Below are positions 21,194 to 30,334 of a stretch of DNA of 56,353 nucleotides, piece after piece (position 1 is the first letter of the stretch; each line of letters opens with the position of its first letter). The notes beneath the pieces are model-generated. The model was given only the letters and a program-made list of their open reading frames with translations. It was not told the origin of the DNA and made no database searches. The position numbers were made by a program, and so were the translations under genes. Origin of the DNA: Acidimicrobiales bacterium (lineage in GTDB: Bacteria > Actinomycetota > Acidimicrobiia > Acidimicrobiales > JACDCH01); assembly GCA_036257895.1 (NCBI GenBank), contig DATAES010000196.1, positions 1 to 56,353 on the forward strand, given 5' to 3'.

Positions 21194-21979
21194 TCAACCC
21201 GTCTTCTCTCGTCCCAGGGCCGCCATCAGGTCGATCCACGCTGGAAGATCGCTGTTCTTGAAGTCGACGTGCGCCTTCAGGTCGGCCGGCACGTAGAACT
21301 CGAACCCGTCGGTCTCGAGCGCATCGATGACGCCGGCTGCGCACACCTCAGCCGACACGAACTCCGCGCCTGCGAGCCCGGGAAGCTCGCCCGGTCGCTG
21401 GATCCAGATCTCGGTGTCGATGGCGCCCGGCTGGATGAGCTTCACCTCGATCGGCGTATCGGCCAGGTCCATCGCGGCCACTTCCGTCCACCCGGACATC
21501 GCGAACTTCGATGCGCAGTAAGCCGACTCGTGCGCGATGCCGAAGCGACCGCCTCCACTGGCGACGTTCACGATGGTGCCCGAGCCTCGCTCGAGCATCC
21601 TCGGCAGAACGGTGAGGTTCATGCGGATCGGCGAGAGGAAGTTCGTCCGCATCACCGTCTCGAGGTCGTCGGCGGTGTGATCGGACACGACCTTGCGCTT
21701 GCCGATGGCTGCGTTGTTGATCAGGCAGTCGAGCGCGCCGAAGGCGTGCCATGCGTCGTCCACCAGTCGCGTTGCCGCGTCGAGGTCCGAGAGATCGACC
21801 GTCCACATGCGCGACGCCGGCGCGTGCTCCTGGCAACGCCGCAACGTCGCGTCGAGCCGATCGGCGCGCCGCGCCGCGATGCCGACGGTCGCGCCTCGTT
21901 CGGCAAGCATCGGCGCCAGTGCTTCACCGATGCCGGACGACGCACCCGTTACCAGGATGTTCGAGCCACCGATCTCCAC
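21194..21979 (-). CDS. SDR family oxidoreductase
   Basis: ILVTGASSGIGEALA, NNAAIG, YCASKFAM. Confidence 0.88.
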   Translation of the reverse strand: MEIGGSNILVTGASSGIGEALAPMLAERGATVGIAARRADRLDATLRRCQEHAPASRMWTVDLSDLDAATRLVDDAWHAFGALDCLINNAAIGKRKVVSDHTADDLETVMRTNFLSPIRMNLTVLPRMLERGSGTIVNVASGGGRFGIAHESAYCASKFAMSGWTEVAAMDLADTPIEVKLIQPGAIDTEIWIQRPGELPGLAGAEFVSAEVCAAGVIDALETDGFEFYVPADLKAHVDFKNSDLPAWIDLMAALGREKTG

Positions 21980-21995
21980 GGTGGCATGTCTACTG

Positions 21996-22262
21996 CTAAC
22001 TACCTGCTCGTTCGTCGAGCTCGCGGGCCGGGATGGCCACTCGAGCCGTCGGTGCGAGGTGTTCGAGCAGCTTGGCGACGCGCTGGCCGCTGACCAACAG
22101 CGCAGCCTTGCTATCCGCGGCCCACACGGTCATGGAAACGATCGCTTCCCTGTCGAAGCCCACGACCGTGGGATTCGAGGCTCGCAACACCGCATCCACC
22201 GCTTGGTCCAGACCTGAAATCGGGCAATCACGCACCGCTACGTCAACGGTCCAAGACTTCAC
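21996..22262 (-). CDS. Hypothetical small protein (88 aa)
   Basis: Only plausible frame between bcp and the SDR gene on the same strand. GC3 is noticeably lower than in neighbours. No motif recognised. Confidence 0.4.
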   Translation of the reverse strand: MKSWTVDVAVRDCPISGLDQAVDAVLRASNPTVVGFDREAIVSMTVWAADSKAALLVSGQRVAKLLEHLAPTARVAIPARELDERAGS

Positions 22263-22298
22263 GCCCGCGTCTTAACCGCTTCGGCCGGTTCCTAACCG

Positions 22299-22766
22299 TC
22301 AAGGTCGCGCTTGGTCGTCCGAACCGCGACCTCGGAGGACTTCGAGGGCCTTGTCGGCGTGCTTGGCCATGCTGATCTCGCTCGAGATCACAGCCAGGAC
22401 CGTCTGATCGGTGTCGATCACGAACGTCGTCCGCTTGTTGGGACCGAAGCCGCGCTTCACACCGAACATCGTCGCCACGGTCTTGTCGGTGTCGGACAGC
22501 AAGGGGTAGTCGAAATCGTGCTTCTCGGAGAACTGGTGCTGCTTGTCGACGCTGTCAGCGCTGATTCCTACCCGCTGCGCGCCAACGGCTTCGAACTCGG
22601 CTTTCAGGTCCCGGAAGTGGCAGCTCTCCTTGGTGCAGCCGTAGGTCATGGCCGCGGGATAGAAGAACAACACCACGGGCCCGTTGGCGAGCAACTCCTT
22701 CAGGCTGCGCTTGGTGCCCGTCTCGTCGGGCAACTCGAAGTCTTCGACCTGATCCCCGACTCTCAT
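22299..22766 (-). CDS. bcp: Thioredoxin-dependent peroxiredoxin Bcp
   Basis: VVLFFYPAAMTYGCTKESCHFRD (peroxidatic and resolving Cys). Confidence 0.9.
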   Translation of the reverse strand: MRVGDQVEDFELPDETGTKRSLKELLANGPVVLFFYPAAMTYGCTKESCHFRDLKAEFEAVGAQRVGISADSVDKQHQFSEKHDFDYPLLSDTDKTVATMFGVKRGFGPNKRTTFVIDTDQTVLAVISSEISMAKHADKALEVLRGRGSDDQARP

Positions 22767-22776
22767 GGCGGGGACG

Positions 22777-24834
22777 CTACTCCTGAGGATGCGTGGCGAT
22801 GTAGTCCGCTGCCGGGATCGGCTCGGGGCTCTCGTAGCCGACCGGCAGATGCACGTCGCCGAGGGTCGTCACGTAGAAGACCTCCCACCGGTAGTAGCCC
22901 GCGAATGCGCTGGGGTCGGCGGCGAGCACGGATGCGATGTCCTTGATCGCGTTCACGTAGTGGCTGCTGCGGTTGTAGTTGAACAGCGCGCCGTCGACAT
23001 TGCCGTCGGCGAAGCCGTTGTGGGCGAGGTACCGGGCCGCGGCGACGATCGAGTCATGCGGCGAGTTGATGTCACCTTGGCCGAACGCGTCCCACGTGGA
23101 CTGGATGAACTGCATCGGGCCTTGGGCGCCGGCCGAGCTCAATCCTTGGATGCGGCCCATGGCGGACTCGATGAGGTTGATCGCGGCGAGGTAGTTCCAG
23201 CCCACCCCGAAGCGCGCCTCGGCCTCGCGATAGTCCGCGAGGAGCTCGTCGCTCGACGCCGGGACGATGATGCGCCAAGCGGGCAAGGTGTCGTGTAGCG
23301 GTGAACCGGGGATGGCCGCGAGCTCGTGGCGGGAGTCGAGGTTGGCCGCGACCGCGTCGTGCAGATCGGCGCCGGCTTTGGCGAGGACCATGCCGTCGAG
23401 CTCAGGCTGACGGCCCAGCCTGCGGTATGCGACCTGCTGCAGGTGCGCAGCGGCGTCCAGTGTCTGCGCCGATGACGCCGGGTCGCGCAGGGCTCGCTCG
23501 GCCGCGACGAGCTGGTCGGCGGCGGTCGCCGGATCGTTCGAGAGTGTCGACGGCAACGAGGAGCCCGCCGCGTCGGCGGACGTCGGGGGCGCGGCCGGAG
23601 CCTGCGGTGTCTGAGGTGTCGTCGTCGACTCGATGCGCTGCACTCCGCTCTGCGTGCTGAGCACGTACATCTCGCCGTCGTGGTCCTCGCCGAACGACGC
23701 CAGGCCGCCCGCCGCGAGACGGAGGTCGGTCACCGAGATCGTGCCGTCGTCCTTGCGCACGAGCCCGTTGATCTTTCCGTCGCAATAGTCGGCGAACAGA
23801 TACGTCCCTTCCAGTGCGGGGATGTCGTTGCCGCGGTAGACGTAACCGCCGGTGATCGAGCAGCGGCCGCCGGAGTGGTCGTATTCGTAGATCGGTGGCA
23901 CGGCCCCGGCGGGCGGTTGCGGCTGCCGGTACGGATGTGTGCCCTCGACGTCGCTCCAACCGAAGTTCTGCCCCGCAGGTGTGCCGGCGGACAGGAAGTT
24001 GATCTCCTCGATGGCGCTTTGGCCGACGTCGGCGATCCACAGGTCCCGAGTCTTGCGATCGAACGACACCCGCCACGGGTTGCGCAGCCCGTACTGCCAC
24101 ACCTCTGGAGCCCCGTTGACGCCGTCCGCGAACGGGTTGTCGGCGGGGATGGCGTAGGGACGGTCGTCGGTGCCGGGGCGGGCGGGGTCGATGCGAAGGA
24201 TGTTGCCGAGCAGGTCCTTCGGGTTCTGGCCCGAGCGGCGTTGGTCCCCGGCGCCGCCGCCATCACCCATCGTCCAGTAGACGAAGCCGTCGGGGCCGAC
24301 GACGACATCCCCGCCGTTGTGGTTCGGCGCGAAGTCGGGGATGACGAGCAGTGTGCGTCGCGTCGAGGTGTCGGTGCGGTCGCCGTCGAAGGAGATCTCG
24401 TCGAGCTGCTGATCCTGTTTGCGGTTCGTGAACGCGAAGTAGAGCGTGCGGCCGTCGTCGGCGAAGGCGAGCCCGAGCAGGCCTTGCTCGCCGCCAGCCG
24501 TGACGTCGCTCGCAATGTCGAGCACGGGCTGGTCATCCAGCGCGAAGTCGTTCCCGTCCCTGCGGATGCGACGGACGCGGCCCTCCTGCTCGGTCACGTA
24601 CAGACTCCTGTCGCCGGTTCGGACCGCGAACGCGGTCGGATTGGCGAGGGTCGCGACTGGCGCGAGCCGCAGCTGCAACTGGGCGAGGTCGGTGCTCGTC
24701 GTAGGCACCGACGACGGCGGGACGGGCCCACCGACCGGGAGGTTGTCGTCGTTCTGCTTCAGCCGTACGACGATGAAGAGAGCGACGACGAGGATGAGGA
24801 TCACGAGGATCCCGACCAGCGCGCGTTTGGTCAT
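22777..24834 (-). CDS. Membrane-anchored fusion: PQQ-type soluble sugar/sorbosone dehydrogenase beta-propeller plus C-terminal lytic transglycosylase (SLT-like) domain
   Basis: Start at MTKRALVGILVILILVVALFIVV (M91 of ORF), overlapping the tesB stop (ATGA). Propeller motifs: GLLGLAF, PNHNGGDVVVGPDG, GLRNPWRVSFD, GGRCSITGGYVYRG. C-terminus: GAQGPMQFIQSTWDAFG...AAARYL. Confidence 0.8.
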   Translation of the reverse strand: MTKRALVGILVILILVVALFIVVRLKQNDDNLPVGGPVPPSSVPTTSTDLAQLQLRLAPVATLANPTAFAVRTGDRSLYVTEQEGRVRRIRRDGNDFALDDQPVLDIASDVTAGGEQGLLGLAFADDGRTLYFAFTNRKQDQQLDEISFDGDRTDTSTRRTLLVIPDFAPNHNGGDVVVGPDGFVYWTMGDGGGAGDQRRSGQNPKDLLGNILRIDPARPGTDDRPYAIPADNPFADGVNGAPEVWQYGLRNPWRVSFDRKTRDLWIADVGQSAIEEINFLSAGTPAGQNFGWSDVEGTHPYRQPQPPAGAVPPIYEYDHSGGRCSITGGYVYRGNDIPALEGTYLFADYCDGKINGLVRKDDGTISVTDLRLAAGGLASFGEDHDGEMYVLSTQSGVQRIESTTTPQTPQAPAAPPTSADAAGSSLPSTLSNDPATAADQLVAAERALRDPASSAQTLDAAAHLQQVAYRRLGRQPELDGMVLAKAGADLHDAVAANLDSRHELAAIPGSPLHDTLPAWRIIVPASSDELLADYREAEARFGVGWNYLAAINLIESAMGRIQGLSSAGAQGPMQFIQSTWDAFGQGDINSPHDSIVAAARYLAHNGFADGNVDGALFNYNRSSHYVNAIKDIASVLAADPSAFAGYYRWEVFYVTTLGDVHLPVGYESPEPIPAADYIATHPQE

Positions 24835-25685
24835 CGGACGACTCGGATCAGTCCTTCCTGCGTGACGGACGCGACGAGGTGGCCGCTCTCGGTGTAGATG
24901 AGGCCGCGCGCAAGCCCCCGGGCGTCGGACGTCGAAGGAGTGTCCTGTACGTACAGCAGCCACTCGTCGGCGCGGACCGGCCGGTGGAACCACATGGCGT
25001 GGTCGAGGCTCGCCATCATCAGCATCTCGTCGGCGACCAGGCCGCCATGTGGGAGCAGTGTCGTGTCGAGCAAGGTCATGTCGGACGCGTACGTCAGCAC
25101 GCACGTGTGCAGCAGCGGATCGTCCGGCAGGACACCATCAGCGCGCAACCACACGCGCTGGTACGGCGGCAGCGGTTCCTTGCGATCGGACGGCGACCAG
25201 TCCACGTGGCGAGTGTCGATCGGACGAGGGCGGTCGAACCACGGGCCAAGATCGTCCTTCCATTGCTCCCAGCGCTCGCGAAAGGTCGGCAACTCGTCCG
25301 CTTTCGGGACGTCCGGCATGGGCAGCTGGTGGTCGAGACCGGGCTCGTGCCGGTGGAACGACGCCGACAGGTTGAAGATCGCTCGGCCGTGCTGGATCGC
25401 AACCACGCGGCGAGTCGTGAACGACTTGCCGTCGCGGATGCGATCGACGTCGTAGAGGATCGGGATCGTCGGGTCGCCCGGGCGCAGGAAGTACGCGTGG
25501 AGTGAGTTCACGGAACCGTGGTCGGGATCGACCGTGCGGGCCGCCGCGACCAGGGCCTGGCCCGCGACTTGGCCGCCGAAGATGCGCTGACGGTCCTCGT
25601 CCGGGCTGACGCCGCGGAAGATGTTGACTTCGATCGGCTCGAGGTCGAGCAGCGCGACGAGCTCGTCGACCCCAGCCTGGGACAT
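24831..25685 (-). CDS. tesB: Acyl-CoA thioesterase II (copy 1)
   Basis: LDLEPIEVNIFRG...FGGQVAGQAL...SLHAYFLRPGD...VDRIRDGKSFTTR. Start at M83 of ORF. Confidence 0.85.
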   Translation of the reverse strand: MSQAGVDELVALLDLEPIEVNIFRGVSPDEDRQRIFGGQVAGQALVAAARTVDPDHGSVNSLHAYFLRPGDPTIPILYDVDRIRDGKSFTTRRVVAIQHGRAIFNLSASFHRHEPGLDHQLPMPDVPKADELPTFRERWEQWKDDLGPWFDRPRPIDTRHVDWSPSDRKEPLPPYQRVWLRADGVLPDDPLLHTCVLTYASDMTLLDTTLLPHGGLVADEMLMMASLDHAMWFHRPVRADEWLLYVQDTPSTSDARGLARGLIYTESGHLVASVTQEGLIRVVR

Positions 25686-25728
25686 CCGACAAGTCTGGCT
25701 CAGCCGCGGGTCTCCTAAGGTCGCGTCC

Positions 25729-26901
25729 ATGTCGACCGCATTCCCTGCAGGGTTCCGGTGGGGCACCGCCACCGCCGCGCACCAGATCGAAGGTGGCAAC
25801 TGGAACAACGACTGGTGGCAGTGGGAACACACGCCGGGGTCGGGATGCGTCGAGTCGAGCGGCGACGGCTGCGACTCGTGGAACCGGTGGCCCGAGGATG
25901 TGGCTCTGTGCGCGGAGCTTGGCTTCGACAACTACCGGTTCTCGCTCGAGTGGAGTCGCATCGAGCCGGAGGAAGGGGAGTGGTCGATCGCGGCGGTCGA
26001 TCACTATCTGCGCCAGTGCGACGCGCTGCTCGAAGCCGGCATCGATCCGGTCGTGACGTTCCATCACTTCACGACGCCGCGCTGGCTCGCGGCCAAGGGT
26101 GGATGGACGCAACCGGCGACGGCCGACGCGTTTGCCCGCTATTGCGAGTTCGCAGCGGGACGGCTGGTCGGCTCGGTGCGCCGCGTGTGCACGATCAACG
26201 AACCGAGCGTCGTGTCGACGATGGGTCACTTGGCGGGCGTGTTCCCTCCCGGGTTGCGTGATGTCCAACTGCGACGCGACGTCAATCAGGTGTTGATCGA
26301 CGCGCACCGGAAGGCAGTGAGCGCGATCCGGTCTGCTGCGCCCGGGGTACCCGTCGGGATCACGCTGTCGATGTCGGACTACCAGGCCGTCGACGGCGGC
26401 GAGTCCAAGCGCGATCAGATTCGCCGGCGCATGGAGGACGAATTCCTCGAGGGCACATCGGGCGACGACTTCATCGGCGTACAGACCTACTCCCGGACCC
26501 GAGTCGGGCCGAACGGTGGCATCGGCAACGAGGACGGGATGACTGTGCTGCCGATGGGCTACGAGTTCTATCCGCAGTCGTTGGAGGCGACGCTGCGGCG
26601 GGCGTGGGAGGTGACGAAAGGCGAGCTCCCGCTGCTCGTGACCGAGAACGGCATCGGGACCGACGACGACGACCAGCGGATCGAGTACGTGCGCCAAGCG
26701 CTCGAAGGCGTGCAACGGGCGCTCGCCGACGGGGTCGACGTGCGCGGGTACACGTACTGGAGCCTGCTCGACAACTTCGAATGGGCGTTCGGGTACGGCC
26801 CCCGCTTCGGTCTGGTCTCCGTGGATCGCACGACGTTCGCGCGCACCCCGAAGGCGAGCGCTCGCTGGCTCGGCGGCATCGCCAAAGCCAACGCCTTATA
26901 G
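25729..26901 (+). CDS. GH1 beta-glucosidase
   Basis: FPAGFRWGTATAAHQIEG, TINEPSV (acid/base), LLVTENGIG (nucleophile). Confidence 0.9.
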   Translation: MSTAFPAGFRWGTATAAHQIEGGNWNNDWWQWEHTPGSGCVESSGDGCDSWNRWPEDVALCAELGFDNYRFSLEWSRIEPEEGEWSIAAVDHYLRQCDALLEAGIDPVVTFHHFTTPRWLAAKGGWTQPATADAFARYCEFAAGRLVGSVRRVCTINEPSVVSTMGHLAGVFPPGLRDVQLRRDVNQVLIDAHRKAVSAIRSAAPGVPVGITLSMSDYQAVDGGESKRDQIRRRMEDEFLEGTSGDDFIGVQTYSRTRVGPNGGIGNEDGMTVLPMGYEFYPQSLEATLRRAWEVTKGELPLLVTENGIGTDDDDQRIEYVRQALEGVQRALADGVDVRGYTYWSLLDNFEWAFGYGPRFGLVSVDRTTFARTPKASARWLGGIAKANAL

Positions 26902-26941
26902 GTTCTCCGGGGCTACTTCCCCCTTCATCCGTTACATCTCA

Positions 26942-26992
26942 CGTTTCGGCGTTCGTTCTGGCCTCTAGAGGGCCGCCACGTCCGCCGAAACG
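26942..26992. repeat. Variant palindromic element / hairpin upstream of the DUF559 gene
   Basis: 10-bp arms CGTTTCGGCG (26942..26951) and CGCCGAAACG (26983..26992) enclose TTCGTTCTGGC and the palindrome CCTCTAGAGG (26962..26971). This resembles the GGCCCCTATAGGGGCC core of the 52-bp element. Confidence 0.6.
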
Positions 26993-27006
26993 AGCGGGGG
27001 AAGGAC

Positions 27007-27927
27007 GTGCAAGATCTCGACAGGCGCGTCGCCGCGCTCGCGAAGACGCAACACGGCCACTTCAGTTCAGAACAACTCGACGCGATCGGTGCGACGCGCC
27101 GGACGCGTCGACATAGGCTCGACACCGGACGATGGGAAGGCGTCCACCCGAACGTGTTCCGGCTCGCCGGCGCGCCACTGACGTGGGAGTCGCGCGTGAT
27201 GGCCGGATGCTTGACGGTCGAAGGGTCACTCGCGTCGCATCTGACCGCCGGCCACCTCTGGGGACTAGACACCTTCGGGCCGGTCGGAATCGTCGACGTC
27301 TTGGTCCCGCGCCATGGACGACCGCGCCGACGACCGGGCATTCGGTATCACGAGTCACTGGCGTTCGAACTGCGCGGTGAGACGCGGCGTTACGGGATCC
27401 CGGTCACGGGTATTGCGCGGACAGTCCTCGATGTGTGCGCTTCGGTCGACGACGACTTCCGTGCACTTGCTGCGGTCGACGAGACCCGGCGCCGATCACT
27501 CGCGACCTGGGACGAACTCTGGGAATGCCTCATCCTCCACGCCCGGCGCGGCCGCAACGGCATCACCCGCTATCGACGCGTTCTCGATCGTCGCTGGGGA
27601 CGCTCCGTTCCCCACAACCAGTTCGCGCGCCTTGCAGAGAGACTGTTCGAAGACGCGGGACTGCCCGAGCTCACGCATGAGCACCAGGTCACCGTCGCGG
27701 GACATCGGTACCGGATCGATCTCGCCTATCCGGACCTCAAGATTGCCATCGAGCTCGACGGTCGCGGTCACGAGACCCTGTTCGACGAGGATCCGATCCG
27801 CACCAATCGGCTCGAAACGGCGGGCTGGCTCGTACTCCGGTTCACCTGGCGACGACTCATCGAGGACCCGGGCGGCATGGTGGCGGACGTTCATCTCGCC
27901 CGCCGCCTTCGTTCTGGCGGACGGTGA
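27007..27927 (+). CDS. DUF559 (Vsr/restriction-endonuclease-like fold) protein with AbiEi-type N-terminal domain
   Basis: N-terminus LAKTQHGHFSSEQL...RRHRLDTGRWEGVHPNVF. C-terminus DLKIAIELDGRGHE...RTNRLETAGWLVLRFTW. GTG start. Confidence 0.8.
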   Translation: MQDLDRRVAALAKTQHGHFSSEQLDAIGATRRTRRHRLDTGRWEGVHPNVFRLAGAPLTWESRVMAGCLTVEGSLASHLTAGHLWGLDTFGPVGIVDVLVPRHGRPRRRPGIRYHESLAFELRGETRRYGIPVTGIARTVLDVCASVDDDFRALAAVDETRRRSLATWDELWECLILHARRGRNGITRYRRVLDRRWGRSVPHNQFARLAERLFEDAGLPELTHEHQVTVAGHRYRIDLAYPDLKIAIELDGRGHETLFDEDPIRTNRLETAGWLVLRFTWRRLIEDPGGMVADVHLARRLRSGGR

Positions 27928-27985
27928 GGCCCTATAGGGGCCACTTCGAACGCAATTTCGGGAGGTTGAGGGGCGGGTGGAAGGA
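27908..27985. repeat. Degenerate copy of the palindromic element; direct repeat of 26952..27005
   Basis: Shares TTCGTTCTGGC (27908..27918), the GGCCCTATAGGGGCCAC core, GAACG, and GCGGGTGGAAGGA (27973..27985) with the segment upstream of the DUF559 gene. Confidence 0.6.
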
Positions 27986-27992
27986 TCACCCG

Positions 27993-28649
27993 ATGGCTGC
28001 CACCCTGAACCTGACGCCGGACGAGTTGTTGACGACCACCAGGGCGGTGCGCAAGCGGCTCGACTTCGATCGGCCGGTTCCCGTCGAGGTCGTGCGTGAA
28101 TGCATCGAAGTTGCGACGCAGGCGCCGACCGGGTCGAACCAGCAAGGCTGGCACTGGATGATCGTGACCGACCCCGACAAGCGAAACGCGATCGGTGAGA
28201 TGTACCAGAACGCGTTCAACGCCTACCGCAACATGCCCTATTACGCGGGCCGCATCTCCACCGGCGACCCGAAGCGTGACGCAACCCAACAACGGGTGGC
28301 GAGCTCGGCCGAATACCTCGCCGAGCACATGGGCGACGCCCCCGTCCTGGTCATCCCGTGCCTCGACGGTCGCATCGACGACGTGCCCGGCTGGATCAGC
28401 GCCAGCTTCTGGGGGTCGCTGCACCCTGCGGTGTGGAGCTTCTGTCTCGCTGCCCGCGCCCGTGGTCTCGGCACATCGTGGACGAGTTTGCATCTCATGT
28501 TCGAAAAGGACGCCGCCGACGTGCTCGGAATCCCGTTCGACACCATCAGCCAAGGTGCGCTGATCCCCGTCGCATACACGAACGGCACCGACTTCAAGCC
28601 TGCGCCCCGCATCGATCTGGATCCGATCGTGCACGTCGACAATTGGTGA
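27993..28649 (+). CDS. Nitroreductase family protein
   Basis: MAATLNLTPDELLTTTRAVRKRLDFDRPVP...VATQAPTGSNQQGWHWMIV. A GGAAGGA SD lies 7 nt upstream. Confidence 0.8.
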   Translation: MAATLNLTPDELLTTTRAVRKRLDFDRPVPVEVVRECIEVATQAPTGSNQQGWHWMIVTDPDKRNAIGEMYQNAFNAYRNMPYYAGRISTGDPKRDATQQRVASSAEYLAEHMGDAPVLVIPCLDGRIDDVPGWISASFWGSLHPAVWSFCLAARARGLGTSWTSLHLMFEKDAADVLGIPFDTISQGALIPVAYTNGTDFKPAPRIDLDPIVHVDNW

Positions 28650-28660
28650 TCGACTCGGCG

Positions 28661-29290
28661 ATGGACCGACGTCTGCAACAGGCCGCCGAGGCGGCCCGCG
28701 GCTTCATGCCCCCGGACGAAGGGCTCGCGATCCACGACGCAGCCGCCGCCCTCACGGTCGACGGCCCGATGCTCGAGATCGGCAGCTACTGCGGCAAGTC
28801 GGCCATCTATCTCGGCGCGGCCGCGCGCCGGCGCAACACTGTCCTGTTCTCCGTCGACCACCACCGTGGGTCCGAGGAGAACCAACCCGGCTGGGAGTGG
28901 CACGAGCCCGACCTCGTCGACCCCGACGTCGGGAAGATGGACACGTTGCCCATCTTCCGCCGCACGATCCACGATGCCGGACTCGAAGGCACCGTCATCG
29001 CTGTTGTGGCGGACTCACCGACCCTCGCCGTGACGTGGACCACGCCGCTCGCGCTCCTCTTCATCGACGGCGGTCACGGCACCGAGCCCGCCCATCGCGA
29101 CTACGACCTGTGGACCCCTCACGTGAAGGAGGGCGGGCTCCTCCTCATCCACGACGTGTTTCCCGATCCCGCCGAGGGCGGCCGGCCGCCGTTCGAGATC
29201 TACTGCCGCGCCCTCGAGTCGAAGCGTTTCGCGGACGTAAGCGCGACGGGATCGTTGCGCGTGCTGCGATCAGTCGCGGTCGAGGGCTGA
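28661..29290 (+). CDS. Class I SAM-dependent (cation-dependent O-methyltransferase-like) methyltransferase
   Basis: MLEIGSYCGKSAIYL...LLFIDGGHG...LLLIHDV. An alternative GTG start at 28646 would overlap the nitroreductase stop (GTGA). Confidence 0.75.
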   Translation: MDRRLQQAAEAARGFMPPDEGLAIHDAAAALTVDGPMLEIGSYCGKSAIYLGAAARRRNTVLFSVDHHRGSEENQPGWEWHEPDLVDPDVGKMDTLPIFRRTIHDAGLEGTVIAVVADSPTLAVTWTTPLALLFIDGGHGTEPAHRDYDLWTPHVKEGGLLLIHDVFPDPAEGGRPPFEIYCRALESKRFADVSATGSLRVLRSVAVEG

Positions 29291-30334
29291 TTCGCTGGTG
29301 TCGAGCAGCGGCGGCAGGACCGCGTCGTGGTCGACGAACAGCGACGACGCCGGCGAGCCATCGACCAGCGCGTCCGCGGCGAGCACCACCGACGCAGCGG
29401 TGTAGGTCGAGCGCTCGCCCGCAGGGAACCGGGCTTCGTCGGGGAAGACCGTGCCCGTCCAGTACCGGCCATCTTCGTGCCGGAACTGTTGCGCCCACCC
29501 GAACAACTCCTCAGCCGTCGAGCGGTCTCCGACCGCGAGATGGGCGAGCGCGCATTCGCACGTCTCGGCGACCGTGATCCACGGCCGATCGCTCACGCAG
29601 CGCACGCCTTTGTCCTCGAGGATGAACGTCGTGGCCCGGTCCGCCAAGCGGGCGCGTCCCTCTGCACCAACGACGACACCGGTCAGCACCGGGTAGTACC
29701 AGTCCATCGCCCACCGATGCTTCGGTGCGAAGGCTTCCGGCTGATGAGCGATCACGGACGCGAGCCGGCCCGCCGACAGCTCCCAGTCCGGACGTTCGTG
29801 GCCGAGGTGCTCGGCGAGCGCGATCGCGCATCGCAGCGAATGGCAGATGGACGACGAACCCGTGAGCAGCGCGAACGACCAAGGTGTGCCGTCCGCGTGT
29901 CGGGCCCAGATGATCTCGCCTCGTGGCCGCTGCAGGTCGAGCACGAAGTCCACGGCGCGCTCGACCACCGGCCACATCGTCTCGACGAAACCCTGGTCAC
30001 GCGTAAGGAGGAAGCGGTGCCACACGCCCGTGGCCACGTACGCGCAGACATTTGCGTCGAGCTTGTCGTGTTCGATGGAGTCAGCCAGGTAGTACTGGTG
30101 CCACGCCCCGTCGGGCCGCTGCATCCGCACGAGCCACTCATAGGCCCGGTCGGCCGCGTCGCGGTGTCCGCCGAGCGTGAGCGCCATCGCCGCCTCGACG
30201 TGGTTCCACGGATCGGCGTGGCCGCCCGGGAACCACGGGATCATCCCCGACGGCAGTTGCCAGTCGGCGACGCACTCGACGGTGCGCGCCAACTCCGTGG
30301 ACGTCACGATGTCGTTCACATCTTGGAGGTACAT
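29270..30334 (-). CDS. Alpha/alpha-toroid protein (prenyltransferase/squalene-oxidase-repeat-like; possibly a glycan hydrolase)
   Basis: 354 aa with repeated aromatic-rich QxxDGxW-type repeats (RMQRPDGAWHQYY, QQFRHEDGRYWTG). Its start shares 1 nt with the upstream methyltransferase stop (TGATG). Confidence 0.65.
   Translation of the reverse strand: MYLQDVNDIVTSTELARTVECVADWQLPSGMIPWFPGGHADPWNHVEAAMALTLGGHRDAADRAYEWLVRMQRPDGAWHQYYLADSIEHDKLDANVCAYVATGVWHRFLLTRDQGFVETMWPVVERAVDFVLDLQRPRGEIIWARHADGTPWSFALLTGSSSICHSLRCAIALAEHLGHERPDWELSAGRLASVIAHQPEAFAPKHRWAMDWYYPVLTGVVVGAEGRARLADRATTFILEDKGVRCVSDRPWITVAETCECALAHLAVGDRSTAEELFGWAQQFRHEDGRYWTGTVFPDEARFPAGERSTYTAASVVLAADALVDGSPASSLFVDHDAVLPPLLDTSESALDRD

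Noticed and set aside
25686-25730. An upstream ATG (25730) for tesB copy 1, which would overlap the GH1 ATG (25729) in a CATG palindrome like the msrB case.
   Set aside because: The thioesterase homology begins after M83 (25685). The extra 15 residues show no conservation that I can recognise.
27941-27960. TCGAACGCAATTTCGG as a LexA (TCGAAC-N4-GTTCGA) box upstream of the nitroreductase gene.
   Set aside because: Only one half-site matches; the second half matches 4 of 6 bases. The sequence is better explained as part of the degenerate palindromic repeat.
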